IMG/VR virus record: IMGVR_UViG_3300020057_000001
Coordinates: 64,001-128,000 of that record
Source of the DNA: a virus
Direction: 5' to 3' (one strand)
Length of the DNA: 64,000 nucleotides
Both the position numbers and the translations under genes were made by a program. Under the pieces are notes generated by a model. The model searched no databases. It was not told the origin of the DNA and saw only the letters and a program-made list of their open reading frames with translations. Shown piece after piece: positions 8,658 through 18,168 of this stretch; the stretch's first letter is position 1; the number at the start of each line of letters is the position of its first letter.

Positions 8658-10430
8658 GTGTCTTTTATACCAAACTTAACAAGCTCCCCGTCCCTCGCGG
8701 TAGACGGACTTGCGGGTACTTCTGCAAGTGCTCCTGTAGCCTTCCCAGCCGGATTCACCGGCGTAGGAGCTATACCGTTTGCTGCCGCTGACGCAGCGCT
8801 GACCATGACTGTCGCAGTGCATGGGTCTCTAGTGTCTATGACGCCCACAGCTACAAGAATTATTACTCTAGCTTCAACGGGAGTTGCTACAGGTTTTCCT
8901 GTAATGATCATCAATAATAGCGCAACGTTTAGTATCACGATCAATGCCTCGGGTGGTACGCAAATCACGGTATGCGGCCCTTCCACTAGTATCAGTCTTT
9001 ATTCAAACACTGCTGCACCAACGTTAAACACGCAGTGGAGCATTGCAAACGGCGGCGCGTTTCTGCTTTCAGGTAACAGTGTCGGCGCTGCGATTACGCT
9101 TGGAACTAATGACAACTTTGATCTGAATCTCAGAACAAATGGAGTTGTCGGACTGACGTTAAGTACTGCGGGCGCTGTTACGATGGGATTCACCCCGTCA
9201 ACAAACATAACGCACCGAGTAAACGGCAGGGAGCTTAGACTTATAGGCCCTACTGGCGACCCAGCCTTCTTTCAAACAGACCAAGCAACGAATAACGCAG
9301 GTAAAAGGTGGCGCTTCGGGCATACTGGCGGAATCGCAGGTTTTAACAGTTTCGATTTACAGAACGAAACAGATAACATCATTGCATTTTCGGCTTCGAG
9401 CGCAGGCGCTGTTACGATGGGGGCTAGCGCAGCAGTGGGATTGAAGCACTCGCTGATTGGGAACAACGTGCTTGTCCTTGGAGATGGCGGCACCGTTGAC
9501 TTTAAAAACAGGGCAGAGACAACAACGTTTATGTCGATACAGACGACGACCGGCGCTGTTACGATTGGGCCACCGGTCAATCTGAATTACAACGGAACAG
9601 CACACAGTATTGCGGGCGGATTGAGAGTTGCTACTCCGACTTCGCCGAGTACCGACCAAGCTTACTCGTTCAACCTGACAGCTAACTCGCTTGGTGATAA
9701 TGCAACGCATACTCGCACCAACACGGCAAACGGTGGTGTAAGATTCATTTTAAATCCCAGAACATCGGACAATGATTCCTGCTTTAATATACAGACAACA
9801 CCTGCCGGAAGCTCGCTTGCGACAAGTCCCGACAAAACGGTTTTTGCTGTAACCGCAGCAGGCTCTGTTACGCTGGGGCCTTCTGCTGGTCTCGCGGGCT
9901 TTCACCTTATCCGAAACACCTCGACAACGTCGTCAACTTTATACCTAAGTAACAGCAGCACTAGTACATCGTCAGATACGCACTACAGTCTGATATGTGA
10001 AAAAGGTTCAACAACTGTTTCGACTTCACAGAACTACATCTTGTTTCAAGCCAACGCTGGCGCAAGCCTAAACGGCAAAATCAACGGTAACGGCGCTAAC
10101 AGTGCCGCCTTCGGCTCAACGTCTGATAGCAGAGTAAAAGAGAACGTAGCTGATATGGAACCAATGCTCGCAAACATGGTTGCACTGAGACCTGTTACGT
10201 TTGACTATATCCAAACTGCGTCAACAAGCGCCGGTGAAGGCGTCGGCTTTATTGCTCAAGAAATGGAAGTAATATTTCCAGACGCAGTGAGCGAAGACGG
10301 CAACGGCTTTAAGCAGATTAGCGGTTGGGACAAAACAACGGCTCGGCTTGTCAAAGCTCTGCAAGAACTATCAGCTAAAAATGACGCACTAGAAGCTAGA
10401 CTAGCAACATTAGAAGGAATAACCCTATGA
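8658..10430 (+). CDS. Tail fibre with C-terminal peptidase S74 intramolecular chaperone
   Basis: SDSRVKENV...LRPVTFDY...GFIAQE...LVKALQEL coiled coil. Internal AGAVT(M/I)G repeats. AAGGAG RBS. Confidence 0.85.
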   Translation: MSFIPNLTSSPSLAVDGLAGTSASAPVAFPAGFTGVGAIPFAAADAALTMTVAVHGSLVSMTPTATRIITLASTGVATGFPVMIINNSATFSITINASGGTQITVCGPSTSISLYSNTAAPTLNTQWSIANGGAFLLSGNSVGAAITLGTNDNFDLNLRTNGVVGLTLSTAGAVTMGFTPSTNITHRVNGRELRLIGPTGDPAFFQTDQATNNAGKRWRFGHTGGIAGFNSFDLQNETDNIIAFSASSAGAVTMGASAAVGLKHSLIGNNVLVLGDGGTVDFKNRAETTTFMSIQTTTGAVTIGPPVNLNYNGTAHSIAGGLRVATPTSPSTDQAYSFNLTANSLGDNATHTRTNTANGGVRFILNPRTSDNDSCFNIQTTPAGSSLATSPDKTVFAVTAAGSVTLGPSAGLAGFHLIRNTSTTSSTLYLSNSSTSTSSDTHYSLICEKGSTTVSTSQNYILFQANAGASLNGKINGNGANSAAFGSTSDSRVKENVADMEPMLANMVALRPVTFDYIQTASTSAGEGVGFIAQEMEVIFPDAVSEDGNGFKQISGWDKTTARLVKALQELSAKNDALEARLATLEGITL

Positions 10431-11674
10431 GTTTTATCCCAGGCGCAAGCAGTACGCCTTCAACATTTCCCGACGGTTTTAGTCTATCTGCTGGTAGCGT
10501 AACTAACGCTACGCTGCGATGGTCCTCGCCGACAACTGGTCTGTACGAACCAGGAACTAACCAGATCGGCTTTACTAATGCGGGCGTGCAAACATTCTTA
10601 ATGAGCGCTGCTGGAGCGGTTACGATTGGGCCGAGCGCTTTTGTGGGGGCGCATGTAATTAATGGCGCTCATTTATCAATACGAAACAGCGGGTCCAACG
10701 GAGGTTACATCGAGGGCCAGCAGGCAGGTGTGCCACAGTGGTTTATCGGTAAACACCCGTATAATAATTTCACTGGTAACAACGTTGGTATTGGTTCGGT
10801 AGTCGCGGGAGTTGGGCTTGAATTTGCGTCTGCAAATGTGTTGTGCGGAGCAGTAAGTGCAGCGGGCGCTTGGGCGTTTGGGCCTGCTCCTAGTGCGGGC
10901 GCTAACCTTGAGCATATCTTTCAATCGCAGGTACAAACACAACTTTCAATTAGGTCGTTAACCGGCAATTCGTCAATACTTAATTTTCAGCAGGGAAGTA
11001 CAAACCGTCTTCAAATTAGGCACAACCCAGGGGTGAACAGAGCAGAGCTGCTTGTAGGGAACCCTGCGACTCTTGTAGCTGCCGAGATCAGCCCAACAGG
11101 AGCTTGGACGCTGGGCGACGGAACCAACAACACCGCATCGCATGTGTTCAGGGCGAACACAACAAACGAATGGGTTGTCAGAGTTCAAAACTTGTCGAAT
11201 AGTAACCCTTACGGTCAAGCGATAACATTCACAGCGGCAGCGCCTAATGACACTACTCGACTGTTTTTTGAATGTGCGGACAATGTTGGGGTAAGGGCAA
11301 CAATACGGTCGAATGGTGGTATTGCGAACTTTTCAGCCAATAACGTAAACTTGTCAGATGCGCGGCTGAAAGAAGCTATCGAGCCTGCGCCTTCTTATCT
11401 CGCAAAGCTGTTACAAGTTGAAGTCGTTAACTACAAGTTTAAAGACCAGACCCATGATGATTTCAACTTAGGCGTTATTGCCCAGCAGCTTGACTCGGTT
11501 TGTCCTGAACTCGTTGACAAAGATGGCTTTGGTACAACGCCCGCAGACGGCATTCCTTTAATGTCTGTATACCAAACCGACCTCCAATACGCGCTCTTAA
11601 AAGCACTACAAGAACTATCAGCAAAAGTAGACGCACAGGCTGCTGAACTAGAAATATTAAAAGGATTAAACTAA
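10427..11674 (+). CDS. Tail fibre with C-terminal peptidase S74 intramolecular chaperone
   Basis: SDARLKEAI...GVIAQQ...LLKALQELSAK; ATGA overlap with the upstream gene. Confidence 0.85.
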   Translation: MSFIPGASSTPSTFPDGFSLSAGSVTNATLRWSSPTTGLYEPGTNQIGFTNAGVQTFLMSAAGAVTIGPSAFVGAHVINGAHLSIRNSGSNGGYIEGQQAGVPQWFIGKHPYNNFTGNNVGIGSVVAGVGLEFASANVLCGAVSAAGAWAFGPAPSAGANLEHIFQSQVQTQLSIRSLTGNSSILNFQQGSTNRLQIRHNPGVNRAELLVGNPATLVAAEISPTGAWTLGDGTNNTASHVFRANTTNEWVVRVQNLSNSNPYGQAITFTAAAPNDTTRLFFECADNVGVRATIRSNGGIANFSANNVNLSDARLKEAIEPAPSYLAKLLQVEVVNYKFKDQTHDDFNLGVIAQQLDSVCPELVDKDGFGTTPADGIPLMSVYQTDLQYALLKALQELSAKVDAQAAELEILKGLN

Positions 11675-11675
11675 A

Positions 11676-14171
11676 ATGGCATTCTTACCAGGAAATACAG
11701 CATCCCCGTCGACCGCGACGGACGGCATTGTCGGCAAGGGTCAGCTCGGCAATAACGAAACAATATCTGCTACTCGTGTACTGACTAACGCGGATAGAAG
11801 AATTCAAGTACTGACGCCTTCAGGTGCAATAAGAATAGTTCAGCTTCCTACTACAGCCATTGTTGCTGGAGAAGCTTGGGCTATAACATGTGCTGCAAGC
11901 TCAGGCTTTGGATTAACTGTTCAAAGTTCAAATGGAACAACAATCGTCACGCTTAACCCCGGCGAAGCGATGACTTATTCGGCTAATATTGCTACTCCTG
12001 TAGCTGCTACAGATTGGAGTTTTTCTGGGGTTGCAGTAACTGCTACTCTTGCTCAAACTCTTTTAAACAAAGTAGTTTCATCAACCGCCGCAATCACAGG
12101 TGCTCTAACATTACCCTCCGGAACAGTGGCTAACCGCTCTGCTCTAGCTACGGTCGGGATGATTAGGCATAATACCGACGCAAACGAGTTCGAAGGATTT
12201 TCGAATGGGACTTGGGCAAGTGTGGGCGGTGGATTAAACGAGCAACCAGTTAAAAACTACCTTAAGACATTCTCTAATGCCTCTGTAGCTCCTGGGACAG
12301 TATCTAACCTTGCTTCAACAACCGCTAACCTTGTTTCTTTAACTGCGTTTTACACGGGTACAGCGGCTAACGCTTCTGCTGTTACAAGTCCGGCGAATAC
12401 TGAGCTGAGAGGCTCAACCAACTACCTTACAGCGGCGCTGACATCTAACCCCACCGGTACATCGTTTGTGCAGTTCCCCGCCTTCGCTTTAGAAGGCGCA
12501 GACCTCGGCAAACCCGTCATGCTCAACTTTGATATCCTTGGCGTTACTGCTGATGGAAATTGGGATGTAGTCGTAGTCAGGTACAACTCATCGGGTGTTC
12601 ACCAGAGCATTATATCAGTTGCTGGGAACGCATCCGCAGCAACTCCTGCAAGTGCTAAACTGCCAACGGGCACGTCAAGATTCAGCGGCTTTTGGGTGCC
12701 AGACAGCATTACCCCTTCTGACCTCTACGCTGTGCGACCGAGAAGTTTGGCAGGCAGTGTTGCAGTGCGATTCGATACGCTTTTCTCAGGGCCGCAAGTG
12801 CTGATGCAGACGGGTGCTTTGACCGACCCAATCATAACCACAGGCATCACTGTTTCAGGTTTTGGCGCAACTCCAACGGTCGCGAGTGTATATTCCAGAA
12901 TTGGCCAAAACGCTCACATTCGGACGGTAGTAAAAGTAACAGCGGCATCAGGTTACGGTAATCATGTTTTCACACTTCCGGCAGAATTAACGCCAGACTT
13001 TACCAAGATACCAGGGCAGGAAGGCGGATTCGGCACGACCAATGCTTGGGTAGGTGAGGCTAGTATTGTCAATACCTCAACGGGTACACTTTGGAAAGGA
13101 AGGGTTCTTCTTAACACCTCAAGACAGATGACGCCATACGGGCCGAATGGTCAAGGCGACTGGAACGGAACGGTTCCCGTTGCGCTGTCAACTAACATGT
13201 CAATAACTCTTGATGTTATAATCCCAATAGTCGGCTGGTCGAGTAACGTAACAGCGGGTGATAGGAGTGTCTCAGAGTACGCTAGTAACTCAGGTGTCGG
13301 CGGTGTAGCTGCGAATACAATTTACACCACAGGAAGTGTACAAGGCGCTCTTGGTTCCCAATTTGTTTCAGTCAATAGTGTTACCTCAGGTGGTAATACA
13401 AAATACCGGCTTGATTGGGCGACAGCAATTCAGGCAACGGACACATTTATAATACAGACGACACAAGACTTCGGAGTTACTTTTCAAAATGAAGGCGGCT
13501 CAATTTCGTACATCGGACGAGGGCGTCAAGGCGCGTCAGAATACGGGATGTGGACTGAGCCCATTAACGCAAGCCAAAATTACATAGTCTTCGGTAACCA
13601 AGGGCGCATGATATCGAATGCAGGCTACGCAGGCTCAGGCGCTGCATGGTCTGATATTGCAGGCAGTGCGCAGTACCTATTCAGAGTATTAAAAGTAAGC
13701 GGCGGCGCAGTAGTCGGGTTTCCGATTGGCTCACCGAATATTACTGGGCGCACCGATGGAATTGCGCAGCCTGCGGGGATTGTAGGAGAGGTTATTAATG
13801 GAACGAATCTTTCACCTGCGCTTGGCTCATCAGGGGTAGTGGTTAACCACTATTCGATAGCATTAACAGCGGGGAACTGGCGCATCGAAGGAACTACGGG
13901 CTTTAACATAGGTACCACGGCGGTTGTTGGCTCGGACAATTATATAGTCGTCTCAGTTTCTTCAACTTCCGCGTCAGAACAAAACCCTCTGGGAATCACA
14001 AGTCTGGCACCGGTCGGGTCGGGCGGCGGAAGGCAGACGGGGACATCTAGGTGCATTTCGATATCAGCATCCGCAACGTGGTTTCTCACGGCAAGGCACG
14101 GCATCACGACAGCAGGAAATGCATCGGTTGATTCAGGAACAGGATTTTTTAGGGCTGTCAGAATCTCATGA
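11676..14171 (+). CDS. Large tail fibre/adhesin-like virion protein
   Basis: Contains LTLPSGTVANR...GMIRHNT...FEGFSNGTW, a motif common in fibre proteins. Shares its N-terminal peptide with the two S74 fibres. Confidence 0.7.
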   Translation: MAFLPGNTASPSTATDGIVGKGQLGNNETISATRVLTNADRRIQVLTPSGAIRIVQLPTTAIVAGEAWAITCAASSGFGLTVQSSNGTTIVTLNPGEAMTYSANIATPVAATDWSFSGVAVTATLAQTLLNKVVSSTAAITGALTLPSGTVANRSALATVGMIRHNTDANEFEGFSNGTWASVGGGLNEQPVKNYLKTFSNASVAPGTVSNLASTTANLVSLTAFYTGTAANASAVTSPANTELRGSTNYLTAALTSNPTGTSFVQFPAFALEGADLGKPVMLNFDILGVTADGNWDVVVVRYNSSGVHQSIISVAGNASAATPASAKLPTGTSRFSGFWVPDSITPSDLYAVRPRSLAGSVAVRFDTLFSGPQVLMQTGALTDPIITTGITVSGFGATPTVASVYSRIGQNAHIRTVVKVTAASGYGNHVFTLPAELTPDFTKIPGQEGGFGTTNAWVGEASIVNTSTGTLWKGRVLLNTSRQMTPYGPNGQGDWNGTVPVALSTNMSITLDVIIPIVGWSSNVTAGDRSVSEYASNSGVGGVAANTIYTTGSVQGALGSQFVSVNSVTSGGNTKYRLDWATAIQATDTFIIQTTQDFGVTFQNEGGSISYIGRGRQGASEYGMWTEPINASQNYIVFGNQGRMISNAGYAGSGAAWSDIAGSAQYLFRVLKVSGGAVVGFPIGSPNITGRTDGIAQPAGIVGEVINGTNLSPALGSSGVVVNHYSIALTAGNWRIEGTTGFNIGTTAVVGSDNYIVVSVSSTSASEQNPLGITSLAPVGSGGGRQTGTSRCISISASATWFLTARHGITTAGNASVDSGTGFFRAVRIS

Positions 14172-14242
14172 AACACCTAGCCGATAGGCGCAGAAAGCAT
14201 AGCGGCTTTCAATTAGTTTAGAACTTGCATGGTGCGAGAATA

Positions 14243-14488
14243 CTAGTTGAGGGCCAGTCTTTCAGACGCTGCTTCATTTCTAAGCTCAACAGCCAGTCTA
14301 TAATAGTCGTCTGCATCCAGCGGTTCTTCGTCGTCGCTCAGACAGCTCGGGTATCCTTGAGATGCTGCGTATTCTTTTAATTGATCCGCAATTTGTTGCA
14401 TCGGGGAATCCGGCGATAAGCCTAATTCTTTCATTGTGTTAAGAGCCGAAAGTGCACTTCCCGTGAGGTCTGCCCAATAATTCACCAT
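14243..14488 (-). CDS. Hypothetical protein
   Basis: Start moved to ATG 14488 (AAGGA RBS). A TCCGATAC -10-like box lies upstream at 14553-14560. Confidence 0.55.
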   Translation of the reverse strand: MVNYWADLTGSALSALNTMKELGLSPDSPMQQIADQLKEYAASQGYPSCLSDDEEPLDADDYYRLAVELRNEAASERLALN

Positions 14489-14583
14489 TTTGATTTCCTT
14501 TGCAACTACTGAAACTTGTGAAACTTGTGACGGCTTAACCCTCACATCTCCTGTATCGGACAATCATCAGAACAAGTAAAGGC

Positions 14584-15360
14584 TTATTTCATATTTTTAA
14601 ACGCCATCTCAGACCAGCGCACATACACTGCCGAAGGGTAGATGTGTGCAAAATGCCCGCCTGAACTTGGCGGCCAGCCAGCAGCCTCTCCATACTTATT
14701 CAAAGTAAGCATTGAGTTGCGGTTGTCCGCAGCGGTGCCCGCAATACCCTCAACACGTTCCTTGGCACCCTTCAAATATAGAAACACAACATCGTTTTGA
14801 TTTCTGACATTCTCAAGCGTCCTCATGGTTTCACGAGTCCAATAGTTGTCCACACCGTGCTTTCTAAAAAGCATCAGCGCGCAACAAACAAGGTTTAGCT
14901 GGTACGGCTCATAGACTGTAACCGCTTCTACGAAAGCTATAAAACCGAGGAGTGGTTTAAAAATCTTCGCGAGAATAAAACCTTTTAGGCCCATGTGTGC
15001 AACAGTGGCATCTTTACCAAGCGCTAGTCCGAGTTGAGCCCAGCCCATGACGCCCACTCTGTTACGGTTGTCGCTTGCCGTTGGTGAGAGAAGGCCGTTG
15101 TTGGAAGCGAGATAGCGCGCGATGCGTATCTTAGAGAGCTGAGAAGCGCCAAGCAGTGCGCCAATGAACATGTCGCGACTGTTAGAGTTGCGGTAATCCG
15201 TGTTTCTGTTCGCAGCTAGTACGTTGCGCCAAATACGACCGTTGCTGTCAATACAAGCGTCGACGTAGCCTTGCTGCTCCGTGTCCCCGACCGCCACGAG
15301 CATACCTGCGTACAGTAGCGAATCGCCAAAAACATCGGAATATAGTACTTCAGAATTCAT
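14584..15360 (-). CDS. Hypothetical alpha-helical protein (GDSLLY...GRIWR...SRDM motifs)
   Basis: Start moved to ATG 15360 (AAAGGA RBS); long ORF, function not recognised. Confidence 0.6.
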   Translation of the reverse strand: MNSEVLYSDVFGDSLLYAGMLVAVGDTEQQGYVDACIDSNGRIWRNVLAANRNTDYRNSNSRDMFIGALLGASQLSKIRIARYLASNNGLLSPTASDNRNRVGVMGWAQLGLALGKDATVAHMGLKGFILAKIFKPLLGFIAFVEAVTVYEPYQLNLVCCALMLFRKHGVDNYWTRETMRTLENVRNQNDVVFLYLKGAKERVEGIAGTAADNRNSMLTLNKYGEAAGWPPSSGGHFAHIYPSAVYVRWSEMAFKNMK

Positions 15361-15454
15361 TGTGTGTCCTTTTAATTGTTTAAACTGGTTAGGGTTTGCC
15401 GCTTTTAGTTCTGCTGTGAGTACTGGGTCGTAAGATCCGCTACCAACGCTTGCT

Positions 15455-16117
15455 TCAGTCCTCCTCAACTTCGTATGTTCCAGAAACAAACACACACGCA
15501 ATGCGTGGGGTTCGTCCTTCAATCGAATCAGTGACTGCTTTTGCGGCGGCCTCCGATGGATAGACTTCGCTGGCCCATGTGGCGTATACGCTCACCCACC
15601 CCGAGAACGCTTTTGTTACCATCATTTTTTTCTTGACTATCAAACCTGGAATAGTCACATACGGTAGAACGTCATAGAAGATATGGGTGCGGTTGTTCTG
15701 CGCCATGAGCGAGGTGCTGCCTGCATCTCTTGCTACAGTCCAGGTGAGCTTGTGATCGGTGACCTTAGTTCCCTCAGGCAATGATTCCACAAATTCAAGT
15801 ACCGTGGGTTCTCTATACGGTGGCCCCATGACAAAGTCACGCGGGTCGTGTGTGTACGTTCCAGTGGCGAATGCGCTCGCGGGCGTCTCGAAGGATAAGA
15901 TGTCCTGCGACTGAGATTCGTCGGCAGCACGGTAATGCCCGTTTGATGTGTAGTAGTGGCGCATACCATTACCTCCCTCGAAATAAATACCATACTTGCT
16001 TCTGCGGTAGTGTTCCAAAGTACGAATAATGGTGACTGTCTGGGTCTGACCGTTTCGGAGAGTAACTACGTCTCCGACTCTTAAATCACTAAGGTCTACT
16101 GTCATTTTCGGCTCCAT
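15455..16117 (-). CDS. Hypothetical protein; N-terminal module paralogous to 16118..16363
   Basis: MEPKM..L.DLR(V/I)GD(V/I)VTLR...DI(L/V)SFE shared with its neighbour. Confidence 0.65.
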   Translation of the reverse strand: MEPKMTVDLSDLRVGDVVTLRNGQTQTVTIIRTLEHYRRSKYGIYFEGGNGMRHYYTSNGHYRAADESQSQDILSFETPASAFATGTYTHDPRDFVMGPPYREPTVLEFVESLPEGTKVTDHKLTWTVARDAGSTSLMAQNNRTHIFYDVLPYVTIPGLIVKKKMMVTKAFSGWVSVYATWASEVYPSEAAAKAVTDSIEGRTPRIACVFVSGTYEVEED

Positions 16118-16373
16118 TTATTTCACCGGTGATTCAAAGGACACAATGTCCAGGTCACGGTCGTCTCCTTCTGCCCGGCCATCCACATCGAAGCTATAGG
16201 GCAAGCCCTGCTCGGTGAAACTAATACTAAAACTACTGTACGCGTATCCATCTGCGCAGTGGACATCTTGGTCCCACGTCTCTTCAACGGACAGAGTTCG
16301 ACCCCCGCGCAAAGTGACGATATCTCCAATTCGCAAGTCGTTCAGGTTCATTTTCGGCTCCATTTATTTCACC
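16102..16373. repeat. 26-bp direct repeat pair at gene junctions
   Basis: TCATTTTCGGCTCCATTTATTTCACC at 16102-16127 and 16348-16373. Confidence 0.9.
16118..16363 (-). CDS. Hypothetical protein (tandem-duplicated module)
   Basis: Same 26-bp stop/RBS/start junction as the next gene and similar N-terminus. Confidence 0.65.
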   Translation of the reverse strand: MEPKMNLNDLRIGDIVTLRGGRTLSVEETWDQDVHCADGYAYSSFSISFTEQGLPYSFDVDGRAEGDDRDLDIVSFESPVK

Positions 16374-16397
16374 TGTAGTTCAAAGGACGTTCAACGC

Positions 16398-16829
16398 TCA
16401 TTCGTCTAGTGACGCTTTACATTGCGTTATCAACACTTGACATTCTTCGAGCGTCTCGTAGGTATCACACGGCTTGCACGCAGCAACGGATTCGACTTCG
16501 CAACTTTTCTTGACGCCATCCGACGTGCTTGTACACGACCAGTCACCAAGACAGGCAAAATACTCGCAAGACAGGCACGTGGTCATAGCGCGAGCTACAG
16601 CCGCCGACTCCCTTAGCAACCTTTCTCTTTGGTTCAAATCGTCAGTTTGTGTGTACACAGGACCGAGGAAATAACCACAACTCACCGCCAGCAACCCCAG
16701 TGCGGCTACAAGCCCTATTCGTTTACGCACGCGAGCCCCCAAAGTGCCAAAACAATTGCGAGCGTCAGCGCAACAATTGAGAGGTTGATGTAACGACCAA
16801 CCAACAACCCCAAAGCGACGTAGCAGCAA
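16398..16829 (-). CDS. Cys-rich membrane-anchored hypothetical protein
   Basis: Hydrophobic segment IGLVAALGLLAVSC followed by a Cys-rich C-terminus; start uncertain. Confidence 0.45.
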   Translation of the reverse strand: MLLRRFGVVGWSLHQPLNCCADARNCFGTLGARVRKRIGLVAALGLLAVSCGYFLGPVYTQTDDLNQRERLLRESAAVARAMTTCLSCEYFACLGDWSCTSTSDGVKKSCEVESVAACKPCDTYETLEECQVLITQCKASLDE

Positions 16830-16853
16830 AGACTGTACAAACTAAACAGGATA

Positions 16854-17024
16854 TTATTCTTTGTCATCAGGCTTGTCTTTCTTGAATATCTTCTCGTCGC
16901 AGTACAGATAGGCTAGCCGCAGTGCCTGCATGCGTATACCGATCAGCTCGGGGTTCATCTCTTTCGATTTCTTGATCTTCTTTAGCGTAAGACCCTTTTT
17001 TACTTTTACTTTGTCGTCACTCAT
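16854..17024 (-). CDS. Small basic hypothetical protein
   Basis: ATG 17024 overlaps the AAA gene stop (ATGA coupling). Confidence 0.45.
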   Translation of the reverse strand: MSDDKVKVKKGLTLKKIKKSKEMNPELIGIRMQALRLAYLYCDEKIFKKDKPDDKE

Positions 17025-18085
17025 GAAGATTTCCTTGCAAGTCCGAGTTTTCCAATCCGTACAGCGATGTAGTCCCAAGCCCAGTTTTGAGGGTCCAAGT
17101 CGGCTACATGCGCTAGCCCCGTAGGCCAGTGCTTTAGAGTATGCCTGAATTCTCCGTAAGAAAACATCCCCCTACACGTCTCAGGAAGAGCAGTAGTTAG
17201 CAGATAGTGTGCAGCCATCTCACTCTCCTGGCTCTGAAGATAGCCGATAGTCTCGTTCACAAGCCCTTTGGCTTCTAGCTGAGACACAGCTTCAAAATTT
17301 AACTGTGTGAGCGTCAGTGGAAACACAGTAGTCCTTTTGTCAACGATATCACAGTACTGTTGGAAACGTGCGTTCCCATGCTCTAGGCCCATTTTGCCTA
17401 CGAACACATGGCGAGTTTCATCTCGCGATAGCAGCCCTGTTTCCGCAATCTCAAGAGCTTGATCGAGTTGTCTTGGTGACTCGCTAAGTTTTACCCAAAC
17501 TTCCTCTCCCGATCCCGGCTCTTTAAAAAGCTTTGGGTGTTTCTGTAGCATCTCTGTTGCCAACTTCGACCGCATGGTGCGAGCCACTGCGTGGACGCTT
17601 GGAGCATGCACCACGTGTGTCACGCGTTTAATCACGGCATCCGGTAGGTCACGTACACCGATGTCCTCAGTCTCTAAGTTAGCAGCCGCAAGAATAAGGA
17701 CGTTGTCGGATAGCTTGTACGTATTCATAAATGTGCGATCGAGTAGCATTTCGGTAAACATTCCAAACGTCTGGTCGCTCATAGGCCGATTAAACTCGTC
17801 CAAAAACAACACGGTTTTGGGGACGACGTAGCCTGTGGACGGGTCGTCGCAGAGGTCCTTCACCCATTTGTCAGGGTACGGGATAAGTACCTTGTTTACT
17901 TCGTCTTTGTGTGGGATGCAAAGATTCAGCGGGTCGATATTTAATACGCGCCTCTCAATGTAGTTAAACCCGTGGTTTTGGGCAAACGCTTTTACTAGCG
18001 CAGATTTACCAAACCCGCTCGAACCATGTATCAGGATTGTCTGTTTGGTCTGGAAGTGGGCTAGAAACATGTTGTCGGTAATCAT
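17021..18085 (-). CDS. MoxR-type AAA+ ATPase
   Basis: Walker A GSSGFGKS, Walker B LFLDEFNR, sensor AAAN; adjacent to a vWA partner gene. Confidence 0.85.
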   Translation of the reverse strand: MITDNMFLAHFQTKQTILIHGSSGFGKSALVKAFAQNHGFNYIERRVLNIDPLNLCIPHKDEVNKVLIPYPDKWVKDLCDDPSTGYVVPKTVLFLDEFNRPMSDQTFGMFTEMLLDRTFMNTYKLSDNVLILAAANLETEDIGVRDLPDAVIKRVTHVVHAPSVHAVARTMRSKLATEMLQKHPKLFKEPGSGEEVWVKLSESPRQLDQALEIAETGLLSRDETRHVFVGKMGLEHGNARFQQYCDIVDKRTTVFPLTLTQLNFEAVSQLEAKGLVNETIGYLQSQESEMAAHYLLTTALPETCRGMFSYGEFRHTLKHWPTGLAHVADLDPQNWAWDYIAVRIGKLGLARKSS

Positions 18086-18116
18086 AAAAATCCTCTCGGT
18101 TTATTTCCTAGTGTAG

Positions 18117-18143
18117 TGTTCGGAGGGAGCGCGCAAAACTTGA
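18117..18143 (-). promoter_or_regulatory. sigma28/FliA-like promoter
   Basis: TCAAG-N14-TCCGAACA upstream of the ATG at 18085. Confidence 0.55.
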
Positions 18144-18168
18144 GAGGAATTCACATATTTTTTAGCAA

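Noticed and set aside
14180-14190. Plus-strand GCCGATAG as another sigma28 promoter
   Set aside because: No matching -35 element at the 14-nt spacing and no downstream plus-strand gene.
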